This document shows, in pieces, positions 28,252-38,136 of a DNA stretch of 64,000 bases; the stretch's first letter is position 1; each line of letters begins with the position of its first letter. The notes below the pieces were generated by a model. That model saw only the letters and a program-made list of their open reading frames with translations. It had not been told where the DNA came from and ran no database searches. Origin of the DNA: a virus; IMG/VR virus record IMGVR_UViG_3300030049_000007. One strand, written 5' to 3'. Both the position numbers and the translations under genes were made by a program.

Positions 28252-28899
28252 ATGAAAGCTTCTGAATTTTTAATGGCAAAAGCATTAGAACATGATGATT
28301 TTCAATTAACTAAAATTGCTCAGGATTTATATGGTACTGAGGAAGATATTGATTATATCGATAAAGAAGCTGGAATTGCATCAGGTTTATTAGCTGCTGG
28401 TTCGCAATTACTTAAAAGTAACGTAATTAGAAATGCTGCTATTGGTGCAGGGGTAGGTAGTTTAACTGGCGCTGCTTCTGCACAGTCAGGTAATAGATTG
28501 GCCGGAGCATTTAAAGGTGGATTAATTGGTGCTGTTACTGGTGGTATTGGAAGTGCTAGTACTAATATTTTAAAGACTATGAAAACTCCAGGAGTTACGT
28601 TCAATAGGGCTTTAGCTCAAGAAGGTAATAATATTACCGCAGTAGGAACTAAGGCTAGTAGAGCATTCGATATTGGTCGTTCAAATAGAACTTTCTTAAA
28701 TAGACCTACTCCAATGGGAACTTCAATTCCAGAATCTGCTCCAAAAGTTATATTACCAACTCCAACTAAAGATGAGGCAATAAAGGCTGGATTTGGTAGT
28801 CCTATCGAACCTCCATTACCCGCTGCTGGAGCAACTACTTTACAACAGCCAGCTACTAAAAATTCTATCTTTAAACCAAAACCATTACTGAGAAGTTAA
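28252..28899 (+). CDS. Glycine-zipper membrane-active protein, putative ejected virion protein
   Basis: Acidic N-terminus ending DKEAG; AAIGAGVGSLTGAA and GGLIGAVTGGIG segments. Confidence 0.55.
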   Translation: MKASEFLMAKALEHDDFQLTKIAQDLYGTEEDIDYIDKEAGIASGLLAAGSQLLKSNVIRNAAIGAGVGSLTGAASAQSGNRLAGAFKGGLIGAVTGGIGSASTNILKTMKTPGVTFNRALAQEGNNITAVGTKASRAFDIGRSNRTFLNRPTPMGTSIPESAPKVILPTPTKDEAIKAGFGSPIEPPLPAAGATTLQQPATKNSIFKPKPLLRS

Positions 28900-28901
28900 A
28901 T

Positions 28902-29201
28902 ATGTCATTAGTTAAGTTAGCAGCAATGCCGCTTTTAGTAATAAATAATTCGGATCCTAATGCTGGATCTTCTAAAACGTTTAATGGCAAAAATGTTGCT
29001 GCTGCTGCGGTTGGTGGAACAACAGGTTTTGCATTAAGCGATGCCATTGAACATACTAAAGGTTTTGATGAAACTAAATTATTACATAGATATGGTAAAA
29101 GAATGGGTTCTATTGTTGGTGGTTTTGCTGGTGCTGCTGGAACTTATACTCTTTTACATAAAAAGCAGAAAGAACAAGAACCTAAATTCTATATGCTTTA
29201 A
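28902..29201 (+). CDS. Glycine-zipper protein with MSLVKLAA leader
   Basis: Leader motif; two Gly/Ala hydrophobic segments. Confidence 0.65.
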   Translation: MSLVKLAAMPLLVINNSDPNAGSSKTFNGKNVAAAAVGGTTGFALSDAIEHTKGFDETKLLHRYGKRMGSIVGGFAGAAGTYTLLHKKQKEQEPKFYML

Positions 29202-29210
29202 TTAAGGGTC

Positions 29211-32200
29211 GTGATGAATCATCAGATAACTAAAGAAAATACTCAACCAATTATTGATGTTATTCATAATAACATTAAAGAGATTTTTCCTTTAACTGTA
29301 GGTAATAAAACTATAGAAGTAAAGAATATAGAGACAGTTGGTTGGGATAAGGCTGATCCAACCAACTATTATGATATTGCTAATGCAAAAGCACACGATA
29401 AGACTTACGGGGTAAATCTAGTCGCAGATGTAGAGTTATCCCAAGATGGTAAAGTAATAGATAAAAAGAAAATGAAATTAGCTACAGCACCGGTAATGGC
29501 TGGTGATGGAACTTTCATTGTTGGTGGATCACAGTATCAAGTTGATCATCAGTTAAGATTGCGGCCCGGTATTTATTCTCGTATTAAACAGAATGGCGAA
29601 ATTGAAGCACATGTAAATCCAAATGGTTTTAAAAATTTACGTTTAGCCGTAGACCCCGCTACAAAGAAATTAACTGTAAATGTAAATCAGGCAAATATTA
29701 ATGCTATTCCAGTATTAAGAATTCTTGGTATTTCTGATACTGAAATTAAAAAATCATTTGGTGATGATGTATATGATGCTAATATTAAAATTCTTGGCAA
29801 GAAGGGTGATGAAGAAATTAAACGTTTCTTTAAATCCGTTCATCCTTATGATGAATTACCGGAGACTAATAAGTTAATAGCAGAACATTTATCTCTCTCA
29901 CTAAGAGAAGCTAAACTAGATCCTAAAGTAACTAAAATTACATTAGGTCAAGAATATGATCACGTTAATGGAAATGCTTTATTAAGAGGATTTCAGAAAG
30001 TAATTAATGTTTCTCGTGGAACTGAACAACCTGATGATCGTGATGCATTAGCATTTAAAACTATTCATTCAGTTGAAGATTTTGTTAATGAACGATTAAA
30101 GAAAAATAAGAAATCAATTCAATTTGCTATTCAGAATAGAATGCGTAAAAATGATAAACTTGATCAGATTATGAATTCTGGTCATATTAATCAGCATGTA
30201 TTCTCATTTTTTAATTCTGCTGCACTTTCAGAAATTCCTTCACAGATTAATCCATTATCAGTAATTAATAGTTCATTTAAAACTACTATTACTGGTGAAG
30301 GTGGTATTGAAAATGCAGAATCAATTATGCCAGAATCTCAAGCCTTACATCCTAGTCATTTAGGATATCTTGATCCAATCAATACTCCTGAGTCAAAAAA
30401 GATTGGTGTTACTTTAAATTTAGCTATTGGAACTACTAAAAAAGGAAATGAACTTCTCAGTAAATTTAGAAACATAAAAACTGGTAAAGAAGAAGATATT
30501 TCAACTATCGATGCTTATCATAAAGTTATTGCTTTACCCGGTCAAGAATTAAAAGGTCAAGTAACTGCTATTAAACATGGCAAACAAGTAGAAGTTGATG
30601 CTAGTGAAGTTACTCATGAGCTTCCTAATGCCTATTCGGCCTTTACTATGGCTTCTCAGGCATTACCTGCAATGAATCATAATCAGGGTAATAGAGCTGG
30701 AATGGCCTCTAGACATATTAATCAGGCTATCTCACTTAAACATCGTGAAGCACCTTTAGTTCAAGTTCAATCACCACTTTCCAAAGACATGAGTACTGAA
30801 GAATTTTTTGGTAAAAAATTCCAAATTGCGCTTCATGCTAGAAATGAAGATGGAATTATTCAAGATATTACTAAATCACATATTATCTTTAAAGGTGATA
30901 GTGGTAAGGTATATGAATATCCTATTTTTAATAATTTTGATCTACAAAATAAATCTTATTTACATCATGAAATTGAAAATCTTAAAATAGGCGATAGATT
31001 TAAAAAGGGTGATCTTATTGCCGATTCTAATTTTAGTAAAGGTGGCGTATTGTCACTCGGAACTAATCTTCGAACTGCTTATATGCCATGGAAAGGTTTA
31101 AATTTTGAAGATGGCATTGTAGTATCCGAATCAGCAGCTAAAAAATTAACTTCAAATCATTTATTTCAAGATAATATCGATAAAGATAATGATTCGGTAT
31201 TAGTTAATAAAAGAAAATTTGTAACCTTATATCCATCTAAATATACAAAAGCTCAATTAGATAAAATTAGTGATAATGGAATAGTAAAGGAAGAAGTTAC
31301 TTTACAACCAGGGGATCCTTATGCTTTAGTATTACATAAGGCTCAGGGGACTCAAGAAGATCTTATGTTAAATAGATTACATAAATCTCTTGTACAACCT
31401 TATAAAGATATGTCTAAAACTTGGGAACAGTTAACTCCCGGAAAAATTACTAGATCAGTAGAAAATACCAGAAATGTAAAGATTCATGCTAAATATGAAG
31501 CACCTGCAATTATAGGTGATAAACTTGCATTAAGACATGGTAATAAGGGAGTCATTACCTCAATAGTTGCAGATAAAGAAATGCCTACTACTAAAGAGGG
31601 TAGATCTACCGAGGTATTAATTAGTCCCTTAAGTATTGTTACTCGTATGAGTCTTGGTCAAATGTTGGAAAATTCTGCAAGTAAAATTGCAGAAAAAACT
31701 GGTAAACCTTATATTATTGAAAATTTTTCAAAAGATAATCAATTAGAAAAAATTAAAAATGATTTAAAGAAACATAATATATCGGATACGGAAGAATTAT
31801 TTGATGAACATGGAAATTCTTTTGGACAAGTGTTAGTAGGAAGTCCATTAATTGAAAAATTATTTAAGACTGCAAAAGCTAACGTTTCCGCTAGAGACAG
31901 TGGTGCCTATGATATAGATAATAAGCCAATTAAGGGTGGTGAGGATGGTTCGAAGGCTATCGACCAATTGACTCTTTATGGCTTATTATCGCACGGTGCG
32001 CGAGGCATTATTAATGAGGTTAGCACGGTCAAGGGTGATGGAAACGCCCAGTTTTGGCAGAATCTCCAAAATGGCTTACCCATACCTAAACCTCAAGTTC
32101 CATTTGTATATAAGAAATTTGAAGCAATGCTTCATGCTGCTGGTATTAATGTTAGACATGATGGTTCTAGAAAAATATTATTACCTCTAATTGATTCTCA

Positions 32201-35198
32201 AATAGATGAATTAGCTGGAGATAACGAAATTGAATCTTTTGGTATGTTAGATCATAATTTTGAACCAATCAAAGATGGGTTGTTTGATCGTCATACAACT
32301 GGTGGTTCAAATGGTGATAAATGGGCAAAAATTACATTAGCTCATCCATTAGTTAATCCAATGTATGAAAATGCTGTCAAAACCATCTTAGGTCTTAAGG
32401 ACTCTGAATTTAAAACAATTATAAAATTGGAAGGTGGTCATGATAAAATTAAAGGAATGTTGGCTAATCTCAATGTTCATGAGCAGATTGATAATCTTAC
32501 GGCAGGTATCAAGACTGCGCCGAAAACTAAAAAAGATAAGCTGGTTAAACAACTTAAAATTTTCAAGTCACTTGATTCACTCAAGCTCTCTCCCGTTAAC
32601 GCTTATATTACTTCCGTGGTTCCGGTTGTCCCTCCTACTTTCAGACCTATCTTTGAAATTCCCGGTGGGCATGTACAAACACATAGTTTAAATAATTTAT
32701 ATAGAGATTTGGGTTTAATTAATAATACTATCAAAGAGCTTGGACGTACTCCTGAATTGACAGATGCACTTTATAATTCTCTGGGTGCAATTCAGGGTGT
32801 AAATAATCCAATTACTAAACAAAATGAAATTAAAGGTGTTAAGGGTGCCATTCAAATTATCACAGGATCTGGTTCACCTAAATATGGGTTCTTTCAAAAT
32901 AAAACATTACGTAAACAACAGGATTTATCAGGAAGAGCAACTGCTGTATTAAATAATAATCTTAATATGGATCAAATTGCTATTCCTGAAAAAATTGCTA
33001 AAGTAATTTACAAGCCATTTGCTATTAAAGAATTAATTAAAAATGGTTATAGTTATCAAGAATCTGTAGATCATATAGATCATTTAGATAATATTGGAAA
33101 AAAGGCTGTTCAAGCTGCGATGTCAGATCGTCCAGTGTTAATGAATCGCGCTCCATCATTACATAAATTTTCAATTATGGCATTTCAGCCAACATTAACT
33201 AAAAATCTTTCTATTGAAGTTCCAGGGCTTATCGTTAAACCTTTTTCATTAGATTTTGATGGAGATACATTAGTTCTGCATGTGCCAGCTACCGAAAAAG
33301 CACGTAAAGAATCTTTTGGATTAATGCCAAGTAAGAATTTATATAATCCTAGAATGCGTACTTTAAATTATGCTCCAGATCAGGGAGCTATTCTAGGATT
33401 GCATTTACTTTCTCAAACTGAAGAAGGTTTAGTTAAGATAAATGATTTATTTCCAAAAGATATTTTGCCTATTGGTTCAAAAATTACTAAAAAGATGGTG
33501 GATAAAATACTTGCAAATTTAGCAGAAAAGTATCCAGAAAAATATAATGAAATTACTACCAAATTAAAACAAATGGGCGATACTTATGCTACTAAAGCAG
33601 GATTTTCTTTATCCTTAGCAGATCTTCCTAATAATTCTAAAGAAGTTAATAAAGAATATAAATCTGCTGTAGGTTTATTAAAATCAAAATCATTAAGCGA
33701 TGAAATTAAACTAAACGCTTTACTTAAAGCTGATAAATTTATTAAAGATAATGCATTAAATGACAAAACTAATAATTTTGTGACTATTGTAGCTTCTGGT
33801 TCTAGAGGATCGTCTGAACAGATAAAACAGATGTTATTTGCCCCTGGAGTTATGAGTGATCATAATGGAGATCCATTACTTCATCCAGTTTTAACTAATT
33901 ATTCACAAGGTATGCCCTTTAACGATTATTGGACTACTTTATATTCTGCACGTAAAGCTGCTTTAGATAAACAGTTAATGACTGCTAAACCTGGCGCTTT
34001 AAATAAAGAGGTAGTAAATACTACAATGAGTATTGTAATATCGGAAAATGATTGTGGAACTAAATTAGGTATTCCTATGAATACCGATGATAATAATCTT
34101 GTAGGAAGATATTTAACGAATGGCACATTAGTGAATAAAAGTAATATAGAATCTATACGTGATAAACATAAAGAAGTAATAGTTAGATCACCTACCACCT
34201 GTAGGGCATCACATGGGATTTGTCAGAAATGCTTTGGTATTGATGAATATGGTAAACTTCCAGATATTGGTCATAATGTTGGAATTAAATCAGCTCAAGC
34301 AGCAACAGAACCTTTAACTCAGGCAGCTATGAAAACTTTCCATATGGGTGGAACGGTTTCTGGTGGTGGTGGTGTATTTGGTGGTTTTGAACATGTCAAT
34401 AATTTTCTCGTTTCTCCAGAAACTTTTAAAGATCGAGCTACGTTATCAAAATTAGATGGAAAGATTACAAGTATAACTCCAGGGTCTGCCGGTGGTTTCC
34501 ATGTTAATGTAAATGAACAAGATCATTTTATAACTCCTGGCTCTGGTAGTCTTAAAGTTAAAGAAGGTGATAAAGTAAAGAAAGGCGATTTATTAAATAA
34601 TGGTATTCCTCATCCTAAAGAAGCTATACATCTTTTAGGTGAATTAGGTGGGCTTCATAAAATTACAGAGACTCTTCATAATATTTATAAAAATTCTGGC
34701 ATTTCTATTGATAGAAGAAATTTAGAGACAATTGTTAGAGGTATGACAGGATTTGGAATAGTAGAAGATGAAGGAACTCATAAACATTTCGTAAAGGGAG
34801 ATGTAGTACCTTTAAGTCAAATTTATGAATTTAATACAACAACTAATAAATCCTATAAATTACCTTTAAATGATGCTTTTGGAAAAAGTTTAGATGAAAA
34901 TATCGGATCTTTTAAAATTGGAAATATAGTTAATTCTAATATGATTAAATCTTTACAAAAAACACATAAAGAAATTACTGTAAAGGAAAATCCTGTAACT
35001 TATGAACGTACCTTACTGGGAGTACAGCAAGCACCACTTAAGTCTCACGACTGGGCTAATCAGCTTGCTTTCCGATATCTCAAACGTGGTTTGCAGGAAG
35101 GATCAACTTATGGTTATTCTTCAGATGTTCATGGATATTCTCCTATAGCTCCATTTGTTACTGGTCAAATGGAAGATGGACCAGAAGGAAGATATTAA
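29211..35198 (+). CDS. Single-chain fused beta-beta' DNA-directed RNA polymerase
   Basis: Beta motifs GTFIVGG, TPES..IG, GLNFEDG, GDKLALRHGNKG; beta' motifs DLSGR, NRAPSLH, DFDGD, SGSRG, CGT..C..C..C, EPLTQ..MKTFHMGG. Confidence 0.95.
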   Translation: MMNHQITKENTQPIIDVIHNNIKEIFPLTVGNKTIEVKNIETVGWDKADPTNYYDIANAKAHDKTYGVNLVADVELSQDGKVIDKKKMKLATAPVMAGDGTFIVGGSQYQVDHQLRLRPGIYSRIKQNGEIEAHVNPNGFKNLRLAVDPATKKLTVNVNQANINAIPVLRILGISDTEIKKSFGDDVYDANIKILGKKGDEEIKRFFKSVHPYDELPETNKLIAEHLSLSLREAKLDPKVTKITLGQEYDHVNGNALLRGFQKVINVSRGTEQPDDRDALAFKTIHSVEDFVNERLKKNKKSIQFAIQNRMRKNDKLDQIMNSGHINQHVFSFFNSAALSEIPSQINPLSVINSSFKTTITGEGGIENAESIMPESQALHPSHLGYLDPINTPESKKIGVTLNLAIGTTKKGNELLSKFRNIKTGKEEDISTIDAYHKVIALPGQELKGQVTAIKHGKQVEVDASEVTHELPNAYSAFTMASQALPAMNHNQGNRAGMASRHINQAISLKHREAPLVQVQSPLSKDMSTEEFFGKKFQIALHARNEDGIIQDITKSHIIFKGDSGKVYEYPIFNNFDLQNKSYLHHEIENLKIGDRFKKGDLIADSNFSKGGVLSLGTNLRTAYMPWKGLNFEDGIVVSESAAKKLTSNHLFQDNIDKDNDSVLVNKRKFVTLYPSKYTKAQLDKISDNGIVKEEVTLQPGDPYALVLHKAQGTQEDLMLNRLHKSLVQPYKDMSKTWEQLTPGKITRSVENTRNVKIHAKYEAPAIIGDKLALRHGNKGVITSIVADKEMPTTKEGRSTEVLISPLSIVTRMSLGQMLENSASKIAEKTGKPYIIENFSKDNQLEKIKNDLKKHNISDTEELFDEHGNSFGQVLVGSPLIEKLFKTAKANVSARDSGAYDIDNKPIKGGEDGSKAIDQLTLYGLLSHGARGIINEVSTVKGDGNAQFWQNLQNGLPIPKPQVPFVYKKFEAMLHAAGINVRHDGSRKILLPLIDSQIDELAGDNEIESFGMLDHNFEPIKDGLFDRHTTGGSNGDKWAKITLAHPLVNPMYENAVKTILGLKDSEFKTIIKLEGGHDKIKGMLANLNVHEQIDNLTAGIKTAPKTKKDKLVKQLKIFKSLDSLKLSPVNAYITSVVPVVPPTFRPIFEIPGGHVQTHSLNNLYRDLGLINNTIKELGRTPELTDALYNSLGAIQGVNNPITKQNEIKGVKGAIQIITGSGSPKYGFFQNKTLRKQQDLSGRATAVLNNNLNMDQIAIPEKIAKVIYKPFAIKELIKNGYSYQESVDHIDHLDNIGKKAVQAAMSDRPVLMNRAPSLHKFSIMAFQPTLTKNLSIEVPGLIVKPFSLDFDGDTLVLHVPATEKARKESFGLMPSKNLYNPRMRTLNYAPDQGAILGLHLLSQTEEGLVKINDLFPKDILPIGSKITKKMVDKILANLAEKYPEKYNEITTKLKQMGDTYATKAGFSLSLADLPNNSKEVNKEYKSAVGLLKSKSLSDEIKLNALLKADKFIKDNALNDKTNNFVTIVASGSRGSSEQIKQMLFAPGVMSDHNGDPLLHPVLTNYSQGMPFNDYWTTLYSARKAALDKQLMTAKPGALNKEVVNTTMSIVISENDCGTKLGIPMNTDDNNLVGRYLTNGTLVNKSNIESIRDKHKEVIVRSPTTCRASHGICQKCFGIDEYGKLPDIGHNVGIKSAQAATEPLTQAAMKTFHMGGTVSGGGGVFGGFEHVNNFLVSPETFKDRATLSKLDGKITSITPGSAGGFHVNVNEQDHFITPGSGSLKVKEGDKVKKGDLLNNGIPHPKEAIHLLGELGGLHKITETLHNIYKNSGISIDRRNLETIVRGMTGFGIVEDEGTHKHFVKGDVVPLSQIYEFNTTTNKSYKLPLNDAFGKSLDENIGSFKIGNIVNSNMIKSLQKTHKEITVKENPVTYERTLLGVQQAPLKSHDWANQLAFRYLKRGLQEGSTYGYSSDVHGYSPIAPFVTGQMEDGPEGRY

Positions 35199-35259
35199 AA
35201 TTTGGAATTCGTCATATTTTATGCGATAATGACTATACACGTAATTCTCAAATAGTTAA

Positions 35260-35290
35260 AGAAAAGCGTGTATAGTTCACACGCTTTTCT
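35260..35290. terminator. Bidirectional terminator-like hairpin
   Basis: 12-bp perfect stem AGAAAAGCGTGT/ACACGCTTTTCT. Confidence 0.7.
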
Positions 35291-35295
35291 ATTCA

Positions 35296-35415
35296 CTAAT
35301 CAAACATTCGATCTAAAATATAGACAACAATCTTACAACTTAAATCTTCTTCAACGTCCAATATTTTATTCAACTCTAATTCTCTATATAATCCTAATAT
35401 TAAATTCTTTAACAT
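35296..35415 (-). CDS. Possible 39-aa protein (not in ORF track)
   Basis: MLKNLILGLYRELELNKILDVEEDLSCKIVVYILDRMFD; ends at the terminator and explains the local strand skew. Confidence 0.35.
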   Translation of the reverse strand: MLKNLILGLYRELELNKILDVEEDLSCKIVVYILDRMFD

Positions 35416-35467
35416 TTAATTCTCGTGTAGCCAATTTCTCTAAGACATTAAATCGGAGTAGAAAGCA

Positions 35468-37207
35468 ATGTCCTTAAACGAATTATTCGTCTTAAATTCA
35501 TCCATTCGTTTATCGGCTGATATGAATAGTTGGGGCGATCAAGTTATAAGCCAACTTATTAAATCATATCCGTCGCTCTCAAGTTTGGTGGGAGAAGTTG
35601 TTTTCGCCAAGACCGATACCGTAAAAGGTAATGCATTGGGATACATTACTTTAATCGGTAAAGTTCAGAGGATTCCATTTATTGTCGATGAATATGATCT
35701 AAATCCATTAGACATATATATAGACAATGGTAAATATCTACCTCTTTCAGAAAGAGCAGTTAATAGTTTAAATTCTAGAACTTGGCCCTTTCGTCTTATA
35801 TCCCAAACAGAAAGAAATGGAATTCTTAAGACTGCTTCGTTATTCGAGAATAATGGCATTTTGAAGGCAGAGTTTGTAAAAAAGAATAAAGAAACTTTTG
35901 AAAAAATTGCTGCTGAGTTTCCAGAAATTTTAGATAACTTTACTATCCGCAATACTCAGAAGGCCAATTCTGAATTTGCAGTACGTTGTTTTATTAAAGA
36001 AGCCGCAGATGCAAAACCAATTGTGGTCCGCGATCTTATTGCTGAAGATAAAGATTATAAAATTTCAGAATTTGCTGATAAATTCGGAAAAGATTTTCTT
36101 TCTGAATTAATGAGTAAGGGTGAAGCTATTGTTTCAAATATGCCTCCTAAAGTTAGATTAGCAATTGATAGTATGGAAATTAAGGGACTTTATAAAACTT
36201 CTGAAAATAGAGAAGGTTATCTTTGGCATAATGGAACTCCAATCGTAGCCAAGAGATTTGATCATTATCGTATGTCTGATTTAAAACGATCATCTATAGC
36301 TCCCTCTATTATTATAACAGAATGTGGCAAGTATTTTCAAAATGGAACATTAACAACTAAAGATGCCGGCAACGTTCCTAAGCATAAAGATAAGGTAGCT
36401 CCACAAAATGGTGATTATGCAGTAATTACCATTGGAGATAGTTGCTTTGGTCCATTTTTTATTAATAGTATTACAAAAATGGGTGCTGATAAAATTTACA
36501 ATATTACTACTGATGAATTAAAAGTAGTAAATCTTAAGACTAGTGAAGATATTAAAACTATAGTACAGTTAGATGAGAATAATTATTTATTCTCACAGAA
36601 TGCTCAGATTTTTAAAATTCATGTATCTGATATTGAGAATCCAAAAGATTTTGTTAAATCTGCTGGTTTGAAAGTTTCAGTATCAAAGCAGTTAGATGGT
36701 AACTTCTTAATTAGTGATTCTGGAATTTCTGGAATAGATTCTAATAAACTGAAAAATTTAAAGAAGGGTGATGCTACGGTAGTTTTAATGCATTGTGGCT
36801 TATCTGAGACAGATGCTAAATATGCCCTGATGCGGGCATTAACTAATAATACTTATTCTTTTGATGCACCAGAAAAACAGAAAGTTTCCTCAGATAAAGA
36901 TGTAACCTTAGAAAAGAAGGCTGAGGAAATTGTAAGTTACTGTAATGAAAATGAAGTATTAAAAATGGCCGCTGTGAGTGGCGATAAATCTAACGTGGAT
37001 TTAGCCTTGGGACTTAATTTAATTAATTATAGTAATATTAAACGATTTAAATTAATAGTTCCAGAAATTTATACTATGTTAGATAAATTATGTAAATTAC
37101 TAATTATTAAGCGCATTAATCGTAATTTATTTAACTTAGATGATACTCAACTTTCTCAAGCCATTCGCGCTTTGGACGAGATTTCGTTTGCCCTTAATTC
37201 CTTGTGA
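35468..37207 (+). CDS. Putative head/inner virion protein with multiple K-x-A sites
   Basis: LKTAS, EKIAA, IKEAA, VKSAG, EKKAE, LKMAA; GGAG SD. Confidence 0.55.
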   Translation: MSLNELFVLNSSIRLSADMNSWGDQVISQLIKSYPSLSSLVGEVVFAKTDTVKGNALGYITLIGKVQRIPFIVDEYDLNPLDIYIDNGKYLPLSERAVNSLNSRTWPFRLISQTERNGILKTASLFENNGILKAEFVKKNKETFEKIAAEFPEILDNFTIRNTQKANSEFAVRCFIKEAADAKPIVVRDLIAEDKDYKISEFADKFGKDFLSELMSKGEAIVSNMPPKVRLAIDSMEIKGLYKTSENREGYLWHNGTPIVAKRFDHYRMSDLKRSSIAPSIIITECGKYFQNGTLTTKDAGNVPKHKDKVAPQNGDYAVITIGDSCFGPFFINSITKMGADKIYNITTDELKVVNLKTSEDIKTIVQLDENNYLFSQNAQIFKIHVSDIENPKDFVKSAGLKVSVSKQLDGNFLISDSGISGIDSNKLKNLKKGDATVVLMHCGLSETDAKYALMRALTNNTYSFDAPEKQKVSSDKDVTLEKKAEEIVSYCNENEVLKMAAVSGDKSNVDLALGLNLINYSNIKRFKLIVPEIYTMLDKLCKLLIIKRINRNLFNLDDTQLSQAIRALDEISFALNSL

Positions 37208-38031
37208 TAAATTATCCTTTCCATAAACTGCTTTTCTATCTTCTGGTAATTGCAAAATTCCGTAGGGTAGAGTATGCCAGTTTATTGAATACATACTTAC
37301 CATCTATTAAATTTGATTTCGAAGATCCTTTTGAATATATTCAGAAAATAGTCAAGGAAATTCCCTTACCTGCTGGAGTATATTCAAACAAAGAAGATCC
37401 TTCTAGTTTAATTATTTACTTAAGTAGATTTAAACTAAGAGAATTACATACAGTCTTCAATCAGGAACAATTCGAAGATATAATTTTCGATACAGATCTG
37501 AGACGTAAAATAGATGCAATGGCACTGTCTCCATCTTTTCGAAAAATTGATATTATAAGAGAATTCCCTTCTATCAATCATGAATATATTGAAATTTATT
37601 TAGATTGTTTTGCTAATTTCGACCAGATAGATAGTCGAAATATATATGTATCTAAATATATTGGTGATCCATCAGAAAGATCTTTATTAATTAAAGTATT
37701 GACTACCACATCACGAATTCACTTAAAAACCATTTTAGGTATTAGAACTAATTTAGATCCAAAGACAATTATTGAGAAATCATTAAGCGTTATGGATATG
37801 AAATCTGATTTAGCTTTAATTAATGAAGATGATGACAAATTAGAAAGATGGACTAAATTAAGAATATCTATTGCAGAGAAATTAATTAAAATGGGCGCTG
37901 GTAGTAAGACAGACCTCGATAATCTCATGGAAGCTTTAAAGGCCGAACCTGATTTTAAAGATCCAGTAATCTATACTAAAGAAGATTTAGAAAATGAATT
38001 TAGTCAAGCTAAAGATGAGTTACCTTCATAG
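37204..38031 (+). CDS. Hypothetical helical protein
   Basis: GTGA overlap with the upstream gene. Confidence 0.55.
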   Translation: MINYPFHKLLFYLLVIAKFRRVEYASLLNTYLPSIKFDFEDPFEYIQKIVKEIPLPAGVYSNKEDPSSLIIYLSRFKLRELHTVFNQEQFEDIIFDTDLRRKIDAMALSPSFRKIDIIREFPSINHEYIEIYLDCFANFDQIDSRNIYVSKYIGDPSERSLLIKVLTTTSRIHLKTILGIRTNLDPKTIIEKSLSVMDMKSDLALINEDDDKLERWTKLRISIAEKLIKMGAGSKTDLDNLMEALKAEPDFKDPVIYTKEDLENEFSQAKDELPS

Positions 38032-38034
38032 TGC

Positions 38035-38063
38035 TTGACATTCGGTTGCACGTCTGCTAGACT
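38035..38063 (+). promoter_or_regulatory. Sigma70-type promoter of the RNR genes, followed by a 12-bp leader hairpin at about 38073-38107
   Basis: TTGACA-N17-TAGACT with extended TG. Confidence 0.75.
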
Positions 38064-38136
38064 TAAAAACATCAGCCCCATCGAGTTTGAATAAACGATG
38101 GGGCTGAAATAACTATACTCAAAAATAAGTTGGAGG

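Noticed and set aside
28353-34198. Short alternative-frame and antisense ORFs inside long genes (for example 28353, 30808, 31978, 32434, 33584, 33926, and similar ones elsewhere)
   Set aside because: Shadow frames of well-supported genes, with no SD or recognisable motifs
35268-35477. Plus-strand ORF, or replication origin suggested by a G-poor stretch
   Set aside because: No iterons or DnaA boxes seen; the skew is explained by a small minus-strand ORF, and the plus ORF starts inside a terminator hairpin
38108-38135. NrdR box upstream of nrdJ
   Set aside because: Too many mismatches at the conserved core positions
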